Shown here piece by piece: positions 1-9,308 of a DNA stretch of 31,128 nucleotides. The notes beneath the pieces were generated by a model. That model searched no databases. It worked only from the letters and a program-made list of their open reading frames with translations, and had not been told where the DNA came from. The position numbers were made by a program, and so were the translations under genes. How positions within the stretch are numbered: the first letter of the stretch is position 1; the number at the start of each line of letters is the position of its first letter. Source of the stretch: a bacterium (lineage in GTDB: Bacteria; Patescibacteriota; Minisyncoccia; UBA6257; Brennerbacteraceae); the NCBI GenBank assembly GCA_027310425.1, contig DAIDAW010000001.1:1-31128 (forward strand), written 5' to 3'.

Positions 1-386
1 AGCATACTCAGTGCGCCTACTATATTGCCGATAATAGTAAGCAATAATCCAAAGAGCTTATCCAGAGGCTTTTTGATCCAGTCGCTGAAATCCGGAAGGC
101 CGTTTTTTACGTTGTCGACCAGAATACCCTTGCAATCAATGTCTTTCCCCTGAATTTTGCCGGTGAATATACATTTCGTAAGGTCAATCCAGCTTGAAAG
201 TTTCGTCGGGTCAAGCGGCGTCGTTCCCCCTCCCGCGTTCGGGCCGTCGTAGCCGCCTTGTTGGCCCTCGCCTTGTGCCATGGCGATGTTCGGACGCGCG
301 GAAAACACGCCTGCGAAAACCTGCATTGCGAGAATTGCGAACACGAGAATCGTTTTGATATTTGATTGTGCTTTTCGGCTCCGCAT
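1..386 (-). CDS. Secreted/membrane protein, 3' end outside the window (possibly TrbL/VirB6-like)
   Basis: Not in the ORF track; translated by hand from ATG at 386: MRSRKAQSNIKTILVFAILAMQVFAGVFSARPNIAMAQGEGQQ...KPLDKLFGLLLTIIGNIVGALSM. It has a signal peptide ending in A-M-A, stays open to the window edge and is entering a hydrophobic helix. It starts 10 nt after the stop of the 688-aa gene. The VirB6-like label is a guess from context. Confidence 0.7.
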   Translation of the reverse strand, partial: MRSRKAQSNIKTILVFAILAMQVFAGVFSARPNIAMAQGEGQQGGYDGPNAGGGTTPLDPTKLSSWIDLTKCIFTGKIQGKDIDCKGILVDNVKNGLPDFSDWIKKPLDKLFGLLLTIIGNIVGALSM

Positions 387-396
387 GTGTTGGTTA

Positions 397-2463
397 TTAT
401 TGCGTTGCGCAGACATTTTCGTATTTCGCGGGCACCGCGCCTACGCACCATGCATTCGTGCCGTCTCCCGGCGCTAGTGCGCCGGTGAGCGCGTCGCAGA
501 ATTCAGTGGTTGCCTGGTTTGCCACGCATTCATGAAGCGGCGGGGTTTGCGCGCTCGCGGTTTCGCAGGATTGCACATAGCAGCGCGTGCCGACGCCTGC
601 CGGAACGCTCGCCGCGCAGAGTGGATCGCCGCTTGTCGGATCGGTTGCCGCCATATCAACCGTCGTGCTGCCGGTGCCAACGATTGTCACGGTAGTGGTT
701 GCCTGGGCAAACGTATCGAAAATCGCGAACATGGACTTCGGAATGAACGAGGCGGTTGTCGAAGCAACGAATGCGTTTGCGGATGCAAGCGTTACGCCGT
801 CGAACGACAGGCCTGCGTCGCTGTTCTTTGTTACCGTGATGGTCCCGGGCATTTCAATCGAAAATCCTTCTTTGACCGTATCAATATCGCGCCACACGAG
901 GGAAGACGCGTCTGTCGGAACGAATGCGGCGGGATTCGCGCTGATGCTGCACGCACCTTGAACCGTTACGGTAAGAGGCGTGTTGGTTTCGCAGGTCTTA
1001 CTCGTGTTCTTGATCGATACCCGCGCGTTGATGCGGGCAGTGCCTGCTTTGAGGCCTTTGATTGAAATGGAATAATACTGGGGCGTTGTCTGCTCGTCGC
1101 CGCTTGCCGGGCTTGCGCTCGAAGGCGAAATCGAAACAACGGAATCGTCGTCTGCCGTGAAAGCAATGCTTTTCATTTTGGTTTTGCTCACGAGCACCAC
1201 GGTCGCGGTTTCATTGGCTGCATCCTGGACTGAAACGGTTTTTTCAAGATCAGTGAAATTCACGAAACAGGTCGCGGGAACCGGAATCGTTCCCGAAGTC
1301 GGTCCGGTTTCAAAGAATCCCGGCCCGCCGGTGCCAGAGTTCCCAATGCCGCGCAACAGCAGCAATCCGCCTTCAAACAAGCCGGTTTTTTCGTTGAACG
1401 ACGGAAAGATTGAGCTTTGCACAGCAGGCGAGAATGTCGAGTTGATCGCCTTTTGGAATCCGGCGCTCACTGCATCGCGGATCGATTCATTCATCATCAA
1501 TTCCGTAGTATTGGCGGAATATCTTTTGCCGACCACCTCTCCTGTTGTCGCATCGATGATGTCATAGACCGGCTCGTCTGCCGAAAGCGCGCCTTGCCCC
1601 GCGAGCGCCTGATTTTTCAGATCTTCCGCTGCCTGGTCAGTGCGCTGCTGGAGTTGCGATTCCGCAAGCCGCGTCAGGCGTTGGGTATTGAAGTATGTGC
1701 CGTACAGGAATGCGCCCGCGAGCGTGGTGTTCGGCTGCAGGAAGAAAACAGACCCGTCGCCGCTTTTGATGCCGAATTGTTCCGGAACCAGGGTGTCCAA
1801 GCGGTTGGTGTCGTACCAGGTGTCCTGTCCGAGGCCGAGCTGGTCAATGATCGCCTGCATCCGGTCCGGCGTAAGGCCTGCAACCCTGCCAAGTTCGATG
1901 TATGTGTCTTTGCGGATATTTTTGCCGACGTCTGCGAATGCGTATTTCCAGTTTTCGATGAAACTCCGGCATACTTGTTTTTGGCCTTTTTGCTGCGCGC
2001 CGAATTTTTCCTTGTAAGAATCGCACTGGGTTTTATCTGCCTGAAGTTGAGCGAGAATGGTTTCCCCAAGAGTTTTCATCGCGTCAATTCCCGCTTGTTC
2101 CTGCTGAGTAATGGTGTTTTTATAATAGGAATAAATTGCAGAGGTATTTGCTGCTGTTCGTTGAGTATTTTCCATTATAGGTTTAAGATAGTTTGTCGCA
2201 ATTTCATCCAATTTTTTATTCGTCGCCAAATCGAGTCCTGCAAAACAGGCGCATGCATTACCTGATTGGTCTGACCCACTACCTCCTCCGCTTCCTCCGA
2301 TGGCCGGAGGAGGTGGGGGTGGCGGATTTGCTATTGCGTATGCTGATCCGATTTCAAATACGAAATAGTTTCGCGCTCCTCCGATGTACCATGCTAAAAA
2401 TATGACTACAAGACAGGCAATATATTTCAAGATATTTCTTACAACAGGAGACTGATTCGTCAT
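397..2463 (-). CDS. Large secreted hypothetical protein (688 aa): helical N-half, Ig-like beta-rich C-half, Cys-rich tail
   Basis: Long ORF with N-terminal hydrophobic signal, a poly-Pro/Gly-Ser linker, paired Cys and a Thr/Ser/Val-rich C-terminal region. Overlaps the upstream gene by 4 nt (2460-2463). Confidence 0.8.
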   Translation of the reverse strand: MTNQSPVVRNILKYIACLVVIFLAWYIGGARNYFVFEIGSAYAIANPPPPPPPAIGGSGGGSGSDQSGNACACFAGLDLATNKKLDEIATNYLKPIMENTQRTAANTSAIYSYYKNTITQQEQAGIDAMKTLGETILAQLQADKTQCDSYKEKFGAQQKGQKQVCRSFIENWKYAFADVGKNIRKDTYIELGRVAGLTPDRMQAIIDQLGLGQDTWYDTNRLDTLVPEQFGIKSGDGSVFFLQPNTTLAGAFLYGTYFNTQRLTRLAESQLQQRTDQAAEDLKNQALAGQGALSADEPVYDIIDATTGEVVGKRYSANTTELMMNESIRDAVSAGFQKAINSTFSPAVQSSIFPSFNEKTGLFEGGLLLLRGIGNSGTGGPGFFETGPTSGTIPVPATCFVNFTDLEKTVSVQDAANETATVVLVSKTKMKSIAFTADDDSVVSISPSSASPASGDEQTTPQYYSISIKGLKAGTARINARVSIKNTSKTCETNTPLTVTVQGACSISANPAAFVPTDASSLVWRDIDTVKEGFSIEMPGTITVTKNSDAGLSFDGVTLASANAFVASTTASFIPKSMFAIFDTFAQATTTVTIVGTGSTTVDMAATDPTSGDPLCAASVPAGVGTRCYVQSCETASAQTPPLHECVANQATTEFCDALTGALAPGDGTNAWCVGAVPAKYENVCATQ

Positions 2464-3260
2464 ATCGCGTATCCAAGTTTTTTCATATTTGTTTGGATTT
2501 CATCCCCGGTTGTCTTTACTTGAGAAAGAAGTGCTGGATAGCTGCGTGTCATGATGTTCGCGCGCAAAGGATCGCTTTGTTGCGCAAGCAGGGCGAGCGC
2601 GGTGTAGCGCGCTTGGGATAGGATGTTGAGATAGAGTATTTCGATTGCTGTCCATGATGTGGGCACTGGCACGGATTCCAGATATTGGATCATTGCTTGC
2701 GACGCGTCTATATACGCGACGAGGTCTTTGCGCGCCTGTGCGTCGTTGTTCGTGTTCGCTTCATACGCGAGCTTGAGGATGTCTTTGCCGCGGAACGGTT
2801 TCAAATACTGATTGACGCCCGCGATGAATTTTTGCGCGTATGCCTGGTTGCTCTCCGGCGTGTCCGCAACGATTTTGAGGTCTGCGTCGCTGAAGCGCGG
2901 AATTTCCTGGAGAACTTTGTCCATTGCTGCGCCGAACATCTGCGCCGCGGTTGCGTTTTCATCCAAAGAAATGCGCACCGTCCCCGATGCTATCGTGCGC
3001 GGGCCCTGCGGATTTTGCGCGAGTATGCTTTCCGCAAATACCTGGCTCGCGATTTTCGTCAGATTCGATCCCAGCAGCGTGTCCGCGTCCAAGGCAAGCG
3101 CCGTTTTATCGGACAGTGCCCCCTGCGCGGCAAGCCCGGATTGCTGTTTTGCTCCGAGCGTTGCAGAATAGCTGCGCGTGTAGGAAAACGCAACAAGTGT
3201 CGCGGCAAGCGCGGCGGTCGCGAACGCAATCGGAACGAGAGCTGAAAAAATTTTCCGCAT
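2460..3260 (-). CDS. Hypothetical exported protein (266 aa), predicted mainly helical
   Basis: N-terminal hydrophobic anchor; TGATATACT extended -10 lies 11 nt upstream of the ATG; 4-nt overlap with the next gene. Confidence 0.8.
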   Translation of the reverse strand: MRKIFSALVPIAFATAALAATLVAFSYTRSYSATLGAKQQSGLAAQGALSDKTALALDADTLLGSNLTKIASQVFAESILAQNPQGPRTIASGTVRISLDENATAAQMFGAAMDKVLQEIPRFSDADLKIVADTPESNQAYAQKFIAGVNQYLKPFRGKDILKLAYEANTNNDAQARKDLVAYIDASQAMIQYLESVPVPTSWTAIEILYLNILSQARYTALALLAQQSDPLRANIMTRSYPALLSQVKTTGDEIQTNMKKLGYAI

Positions 3261-3271
3261 TGATATGCTCT

Positions 3272-3280
3272 AGTATATCA
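3272..3280 (-). promoter_or_regulatory. Extended -10 promoter (TGATATACT) for the 266-aa/688-aa/membrane-protein operon
   Basis: Plus strand agtatatca at 3272-3280. Confidence 0.6.
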
Positions 3281-4078
3281 AGGCACGCGCGGTTTTAACA
3301 GTGTGGAAATCCCGATCCATTGGTCCGGTGAGAGATCTTGGGCGCGCGCATCTATGCGGATATGAAGGGATGCGAATGCGTTTGCAACAACTGTCTGGTC
3401 CACGCCGAGTTCCGACGACAGATTCGATGCGCACCGCTTGCGCGGATGGGAAAATCCTGCACGCACAACTGTTTTGACTGCTGCGTAAGCATGCTGTGGC
3501 ATAGGGATCTTCGGCTCGAGCGTCAGAATGGCGGAATCAACCTTGGGGACCGGCCAGAACGACCCTTTTTTGATGTTTCCGACGATGCGGGGCGTTGCAA
3601 GAATCTGCGTGAGCACGCCGAGGATCGAGAGATTTCCCGGTTTTGCGCAGATGCGCTGAGCAACTTCTTCCTGCAGCGTGAATACAATGCGTTTTGCCTT
3701 GGGCCATTGCTCGAGTGCGATGCGCATGATTGCGCCGGTCAGGTAATACGGGATATTGCCGCACAGGATGAATCCGGGTTTGACGCCGCGCTGATGCGGG
3801 TCGAAGCGGAGTGCGTCTGCCTGCACGATGGTAATGTTGGTATTTTTCGCGCACTGCGCGCGCAATATTGGAATCAGGTCGCGGTCTTTCTCAATCGCAA
3901 TGACGCTGCCGGCGCGCCGAGCAAGAAGGGTTGTGAGTGTTCCTTCGCCCGCGCCGATTTCAACAATCGTATCGCGCGGAGTCGCTCCGCATGCATCGGC
4001 GATGCGCGAAAGAATTTTTTCGTCGCGCAGGAAGTGCTGGCCGAAGCGTTTTTTCGGATGTGTCGTCGCGCGTTCCAT
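3278..4078 (-). CDS. rsmA: 16S rRNA m6,2A dimethyltransferase RsmA/KsgA
   Basis: KKRFGQHFL, VEIGAGEG, NIPYY, F-x-P-x-PKVDSA motifs. Confidence 0.96.
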   Translation of the reverse strand: MERATTHPKKRFGQHFLRDEKILSRIADACGATPRDTIVEIGAGEGTLTTLLARRAGSVIAIEKDRDLIPILRAQCAKNTNITIVQADALRFDPHQRGVKPGFILCGNIPYYLTGAIMRIALEQWPKAKRIVFTLQEEVAQRICAKPGNLSILGVLTQILATPRIVGNIKKGSFWPVPKVDSAILTLEPKIPMPQHAYAAVKTVVRAGFSHPRKRCASNLSSELGVDQTVVANAFASLHIRIDARAQDLSPDQWIGISTLLKPRVP

Positions 4079-4079
4079 A

Positions 4080-6023
4080 TCACAGATAAATCGTATTTTC
4101 GCTGTCGTACAGGGATGAAAGGATGCCTTGGTCCACGCGTTCTATCAGGGATTCCGGAATGTCGTTCAGGAAACGCGAAGGTTCATTCGCGCTGTATTCG
4201 CCGTGGATGAATCGGTGTTGCGCGCAGGTTAGAAACAAGTCATTCTTCGCGCGCGTCATGCCTACGTAGAGCAAGCGGCGTTCTTCTTCGATATCGTCAG
4301 GCGACCGGAGCGAACGTTCGTGCGGCAGGATGCCTTCTTCCACGCCGGCGATGAATACGATGGGGAATTCCAAACCCTTGGCGCTGTGGAGCGTCATAAG
4401 CGTGAGCACGTTGGTTCCGGTTTGCATGCGGTCCGTGTCCTGCACGAGCTGTACGCTTTCCAGGAATTGTCCAAGCGATAATGCCGCGGGTTCGTTCGGG
4501 TACGCGCGCGCGAGGCCGATCAATTCCTGAACGTTGTCCCAGCGTTCCGCTCCCTGCTCGGTTTCCGGGTCGCACCATTCTCGGTAGCCGATCTTGGCAA
4601 GTATGGTTTCGATGAGTTCGGGCAGCGGCATTGTTTTCGCGGAATCGCGGAAAAAGGCCATGGATGCTGCGAATTTCTGCGCTGCCCCCCCGATTTTCAA
4701 AGAGAGTTTCTGTGCTGCCTGTTCGATGTCCCAGCCGGTATTTTTGATCGTTTGGATCGCGCCCGGCCCGATGCCGCGCTTCGGCACATTGATGATGCGT
4801 TCCATACTCACGGAATCTTTCGGGTTGGCGATGCATTTGAGATACGCGAGCGCATCCTGGATTTCCTTGCGTTGCCAGAATCGGTATGCGCCCACGATCT
4901 GATATGGGATGGCGCGTTCCATGCAAAGCTCTTCAAAGACGCGCGATTGCACGTTCGTGCGAAACAGCACTGCGCAATCGCCCAGCGCGCATCCCTGTTT
5001 CAATTTTTCCGCGATGCGTTCCATGATCCACCACGCTTCCATGCGTTCGTCCGCCAGGCGCGCCACGACGATTTGGTTGCCGCCCGCATGTTCCGTGAAC
5101 AGGCGTTTCTCCGTGCGGTATGCGTTTTGCGCAATGACGCCGTGGCTTGCATCCAAAATCGTCTGGGTTGAACGGTAATTCTGTTCCAGAAAAAACACGC
5201 GTGTGCCCGGCCACTCCTGTTCGAAGCGGAGCAGGTGCGTGAAGTCCGCGCAGCGGAATGAATAAATGGATTGCCAGTCGTCTCCGACTACGCAGATGTT
5301 TGTGTGTGCGCGCGCGATGAGTTTCACGAGCGCGTACTGGGGAGAGTTGGTGTCCTGAAATTCGTCGATGAGGAAATAGCGGAACCTGCTTTGCAGGTTT
5401 GCCAGAATGTCCGGATGGTTTTTTGCAAGCGAGAGCGCGTGAAGGATAATGTTGTCGAAATCAACGGCATTTTTCTGTTTCAGGAGCGATTCGTATGTGT
5501 CGAACGCCTGCCGGAGCGTTTGTGGCACCGCTTCTATTCCTTGCTCGACGATTTCGCGGCCGTTCTTGATCCGGGAGATTTTCGAAAGTACGCGCGCGGC
5601 CGCATCCGATTGTCCGGTTTCTCCTCCTCCTGATTGCAGGGCATGGCGCATTAGAGTAAGCGATTCCGATTCGTCGTAGATGCTGAGCGGCAGGGAAAAA
5701 CCGAGCGTCGCGCAATGTTTTTTGAGAATGGAAAGCGCGAATTTATGGAATGTCCCCATGAATGGCAGGTTTGTTTCTCCGCCGAGCAGGTTGAGGATCC
5801 TGCGTTTCATTTCATCAGCTGCCTTATTGGTAAATGTCAGGCATACGATGGAATGCGCAGGAACTCCCGAGGCAACGAGATATGCGACTTTATGGGTAAG
5901 AGTTTTTGTTTTTCCCGATCCTGCGCCTGCGACAATCAAAACAGGACCATCTGTCGCAAGGACCGCCTGTTCCTGTCTTTTATTGAGACCCTCTAAAATT
6001 CTTGATTTTGCTTCGGGATTCAT
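4080..6023 (-). CDS. pcrA: UvrD/PcrA family SF1 DNA helicase
   Basis: AGAGSGKTK Walker A, TFTNKAA, DEFQD, VGDDWQSIY, LEQNYRST, TLHSAKGLEF, EERRLLYVGMTRA. Start moved from GTG 6065 to ATG 6023, because TGATATACT (6031-6039) sits 7 nt upstream of that ATG. Confidence 0.95.
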   Translation of the reverse strand: MNPEAKSRILEGLNKRQEQAVLATDGPVLIVAGAGSGKTKTLTHKVAYLVASGVPAHSIVCLTFTNKAADEMKRRILNLLGGETNLPFMGTFHKFALSILKKHCATLGFSLPLSIYDESESLTLMRHALQSGGGETGQSDAAARVLSKISRIKNGREIVEQGIEAVPQTLRQAFDTYESLLKQKNAVDFDNIILHALSLAKNHPDILANLQSRFRYFLIDEFQDTNSPQYALVKLIARAHTNICVVGDDWQSIYSFRCADFTHLLRFEQEWPGTRVFFLEQNYRSTQTILDASHGVIAQNAYRTEKRLFTEHAGGNQIVVARLADERMEAWWIMERIAEKLKQGCALGDCAVLFRTNVQSRVFEELCMERAIPYQIVGAYRFWQRKEIQDALAYLKCIANPKDSVSMERIINVPKRGIGPGAIQTIKNTGWDIEQAAQKLSLKIGGAAQKFAASMAFFRDSAKTMPLPELIETILAKIGYREWCDPETEQGAERWDNVQELIGLARAYPNEPAALSLGQFLESVQLVQDTDRMQTGTNVLTLMTLHSAKGLEFPIVFIAGVEEGILPHERSLRSPDDIEEERRLLYVGMTRAKNDLFLTCAQHRFIHGEYSANEPSRFLNDIPESLIERVDQGILSSLYDSENTIYL

Positions 6024-6134
6024 TAAAAATAGTATATCATTTTCCTCTAAAAAATGTTTTTCCACTAGTTTTCCACAGGCATTGTTTAGAGGGAGATCGG
6101 TTATATTTAGAGGGATTACGGAAGATATTTTGTT

Positions 6135-6163
6135 TTGATTTTCATTGCATCCGGTGATATAAT
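6135..6163 (+). promoter_or_regulatory. Sigma70-type promoter for the LysM/M23 gene
   Basis: TTGATT (6135-6140), 17-bp spacer, TG-A-TATAAT (-10 at 6158-6163). Confidence 0.65.
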
Positions 6164-6177
6164 ATAAAGATAAATCC

Positions 6178-7338
6178 TTGAATACAGTTTCTCAGAGCCG
6201 ATTCTGGCAGGATGCTTTCGGGAAGGTTCGGTTGATTTTAAAGGGGATTCGGCTTTATTTCAACAAGAAAGGGAAAACAATAGCTTCGTGGTTTATCCGG
6301 AGCTTTTTTACTATTGCGGAAAACGTAGTATTTTCCGTGAATGCAGGGTCTGCGCGTTCCTACACCGTTATGGCGGGAATCGCGATTCTGGTTGTGGCAA
6401 TGAACGCGCTTCATCTTGAAAAAACAGGCATACTTCAGGCATTCGGCGTTTCCGGCGGTCCGGAACAGGAGTACGGGATTAGTGTTTCCGCGTTTGGCGG
6501 TAAAACATTCCCTGCGCAAAGCCCGGGAACCGCTGAGTCTGCCCTGCGTGCAATGTTGTCTGGATTACAGGAAACCGGCATTCCTGCGGGCGCATTTGCC
6601 AGAGCATCAGCCCAGACGTCTAACGCAATCCTGACCTACGAAGCGAAGCAGGGCGACAGCGTGCAATCAGTGGCGCGCGCATTCGGGGTGAGCGAGAATA
6701 CGATCCGCTGGGTGAATAACCTGAAAACCGACGAGTTCGTTTCCGGCCAGCGCCTGCTTGTGTTGCCGCTTTCCGGCATTTTGCATCGCGTCGTACAGGG
6801 CGAGACAATCGATACTATCGCGGCACAATACGGCATCAGCGTTGCGCGTATCAGGGCGGCGAACGGTTTGGGCAGCGAGAATATTGCGCAGGTTGGTTCT
6901 TCGCTTATCATCCCCGGGGCAGACGCGACGCAATCGATTCCGTTCGCGCTTGCCGTGACTCCTTCGTCCGGCGGCGGAGGTTTTTCACTGCGCATTCCGA
7001 CGACTGGATGGAACTGGGGCAAATTGCATTTCAATAATGCGGTTGATATTGCGAACGAATGCGGTACGCCGGTGTATGCGTCCGCGGCGGGCGTCATATC
7101 CCGTGCTGCGCAGGACGGTTGGAATGACGGTTTGGGCGTATATGTAGCGATTGATCATGGAAACGGCGTTGAGACCGTGTACGCACATTTGTCCGCAGCA
7201 TTCGTCGCGCCCGGAACGCGCGTGCAGGCAGGAGACATCATCGGGTCAATGGGAAAGAGCGGCAGGGCGGACGGCGTCAACGGATGTCATGTGCATTTCG
7301 AAGTGAGCGGAGCAAAAAATCCGTTTGCAGACGAATAA
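6178..7338 (+). CDS. LysM-repeat M23 family peptidoglycan peptidase
   Basis: N-terminal TM segment; two LysM repeats (YEAKQGDSVQSVARAFGVS, HRVVQGETIDTIAAQYGIS); M23 motifs H..NAVDIA, YAHL, HVHFEV. Start codon uncertain (TTG). Confidence 0.9.
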   Translation: MNTVSQSRFWQDAFGKVRLILKGIRLYFNKKGKTIASWFIRSFFTIAENVVFSVNAGSARSYTVMAGIAILVVAMNALHLEKTGILQAFGVSGGPEQEYGISVSAFGGKTFPAQSPGTAESALRAMLSGLQETGIPAGAFARASAQTSNAILTYEAKQGDSVQSVARAFGVSENTIRWVNNLKTDEFVSGQRLLVLPLSGILHRVVQGETIDTIAAQYGISVARIRAANGLGSENIAQVGSSLIIPGADATQSIPFALAVTPSSGGGGFSLRIPTTGWNWGKLHFNNAVDIANECGTPVYASAAGVISRAAQDGWNDGLGVYVAIDHGNGVETVYAHLSAAFVAPGTRVQAGDIIGSMGKSGRADGVNGCHVHFEVSGAKNPFADE

Positions 7339-7370
7339 AATGAAAACCGTATTCCAGAACGGATTAATCT

Positions 7371-7392
7371 TCCCGCGCGAGCGGGATTTTTT
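7371..7392 (+). terminator. Intrinsic terminator between the M23 gene and comM
   Basis: TCCCGC-GCGA-GCGGGA-TTTTTT. Confidence 0.75.
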
Positions 7393-8911
7393 AATGTTCC
7401 TGGCGGTAGTGGAGCGCTTCGGCGATATGATCCTGCTGAATCGTTGGAGATTGCGCAAGGTCGGCAACGGTGCGCGCAACACGCAGGATGCGATGGATGG
7501 AGCGCGGCGAGAGCGTGAATTTGCGCTCCGCCTGCTCGAGCAGGGTGCGGCTATTTTGATCCAGAGTGCAGTGCTGCCTGATGTGGCGTGTTTGCATTTC
7601 GCTGTTGGAAAAAATGCGCTCGTTGGCAAAACGGTGTTCCTGAATTGCGCGCGCGCTGCGTATGCGTTCTTTCATGGCATGAGCGGATTCGGGGTGCGGC
7701 TCTGTTTGTAGTTCGCGGAACGGGATGCGCGGTACCTCGGTGAAGAGGTCGATGCGATCAAGGAGCGGTCCGGAAATTTTCTGCTGGTATTTTGTGACTT
7801 GAGCCATGGAACACGAACATGCATGGCGCGGATCGCCATACCATCCGCACGGGCATGGATTCATGGCGGCAACCAGAGTGAAGCGCGCAGGAAACCATAC
7901 GCTTCGGCGCGAGCGCGCGACCATGATGGTCCCGTTTTCAAGCGGCTGGCGCAGGCTTTCGAGCACCGACCGGGGAAACTCGGGAAATTCGTCCAGAAAC
8001 AGAACGCCGCGATGCGCCAGGCTTACTTCTCCCGGCTTGGGATTCGATCCTCCTCCCACGATGGAAACGAGCGAAGCGCTGTGGTGCGGCGCGCGCCACG
8101 GCCGCGCGGTGATGAGCGGCTTGTTCTCGTCGAGCAATCCGCTTACGCTGTAAATTTTCGTGATTTCCATTGCTTCGTGCCTCGCGAGCGGAGGAAGGAT
8201 CGATGGTAACGCCTGCGCGAGCAGTGTTTTGCCGGTTCCCGGCGAACCGATGAGTAGAATATTGTGGCCTCCTGCTGCAACGATTTCCAGTGCGCGCTTT
8301 GCCGACTCCAGTCCGGCGACTTCGGAAATATCGAATGCAGGTTCTTCGCTTTCCGCGCCCGATTCCGGCGCGAGCGCGCTGATCGGCGCGGATTGCTCCA
8401 GGTGCTGTACGCATTGCGCGAGCGTTGCGACCGGAATCGCTTTGATGCGGTCTGCAAAAAATCGCGCTTCGTTTTTGTTCTGTTCCGGCAGCACGATGGT
8501 TTCAAATCCTCGTGCGTGCGCCATTTCGATGATCGGTAGAATGCCTGGCGTTTTGCGCACGGTACCGTCGAGCCCGAGTTCGCCGATGAAAACAGTCCGC
8601 GCTGCGTCGGGGCAGAAAAGCTGGCCTGACGCGATCAAAAAACCGACTGCGATGGCAAGATCGTAGCCGGACCCTTCTTTTTTGAAATCCGCAGGGGCGA
8701 GATTGACCGTGACTTTTTTGTTGAGCGCCAATGGCGAGGCGAGTCCCGAATTCTTCAGGCACAAACCGATGCGCTCTTTGGATTCTTCAATCGCTTTGTC
8801 CGCCAGGCCGATGATATGGAATGCGTGGATGCCGCCGGATACGTCAACTTCGACTTCGATGGGGAGCGCTTCAATGCCGATGGTTGCCGCTGAAAATGTT
8901 TTCGCGGGCAC
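7391..8911 (-). CDS. comM: ComM/YifB Mg-chelatase-like AAA+ ATPase
   Basis: IIGLAD, TVNLAPA, KEGSGYDLAIA, GELGLDG, GSPGTGKT, PGEVSLAHRGVLFLDEFPEF, AAMNPCPCG, SGPLLDRID. Confidence 0.94.
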   Translation of the reverse strand: MPAKTFSAATIGIEALPIEVEVDVSGGIHAFHIIGLADKAIEESKERIGLCLKNSGLASPLALNKKVTVNLAPADFKKEGSGYDLAIAVGFLIASGQLFCPDAARTVFIGELGLDGTVRKTPGILPIIEMAHARGFETIVLPEQNKNEARFFADRIKAIPVATLAQCVQHLEQSAPISALAPESGAESEEPAFDISEVAGLESAKRALEIVAAGGHNILLIGSPGTGKTLLAQALPSILPPLARHEAMEITKIYSVSGLLDENKPLITARPWRAPHHSASLVSIVGGGSNPKPGEVSLAHRGVLFLDEFPEFPRSVLESLRQPLENGTIMVARSRRSVWFPARFTLVAAMNPCPCGWYGDPRHACSCSMAQVTKYQQKISGPLLDRIDLFTEVPRIPFRELQTEPHPESAHAMKERIRSARAIQEHRFANERIFSNSEMQTRHIRQHCTLDQNSRTLLEQAERKFTLSPRSIHRILRVARTVADLAQSPTIQQDHIAEALHYRQEH

Positions 8912-8921
8912 GTAAGGAGAA

Positions 8922-9290
8922 TTAATGGCGGGGTGCGTGGTCGATGCACGTCGTGGCAGCAGGATTGACCTCGAGCCGCTTCAAAGGTATTTCCGCATGA
9001 CACACGTCGCATAGTCCGTATGCGTCGGTGTCGATGATTGAGAGCGCATGGTCTATCTCGTCGATTCTGCGCTCCAGCATAGTTTCCAGCGTCTTACGCT
9101 TTTCGAATTCTGTAACCTGTTCCGCCTGGTCTTCGGGCGCGATTTCCAGTTGGCCTTCTTCCATGACGGAATCATGGCCGCCCGGGGCGGCTTTGTTTTC
9201 GCGCGTAAAACCGTGGAGATCCTGCTCGAGACGCTCTTTTTCCTCACCAAGCATCTGTTTGAATTTTTGTTTTGTGGAATCGGGAATCAT
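8922..9290 (-). CDS. DksA/TraR-family zinc-finger protein
   Basis: Coiled-coil followed by IDHALSII..YGLCDVCHAEIPLKRLEVNPAATTCIDH. Confidence 0.88.
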   Translation of the reverse strand: MIPDSTKQKFKQMLGEEKERLEQDLHGFTRENKAAPGGHDSVMEEGQLEIAPEDQAEQVTEFEKRKTLETMLERRIDEIDHALSIIDTDAYGLCDVCHAEIPLKRLEVNPAATTCIDHAPRH

Positions 9291-9308
9291 ACGATTGAAT
9301 GGTATGTG

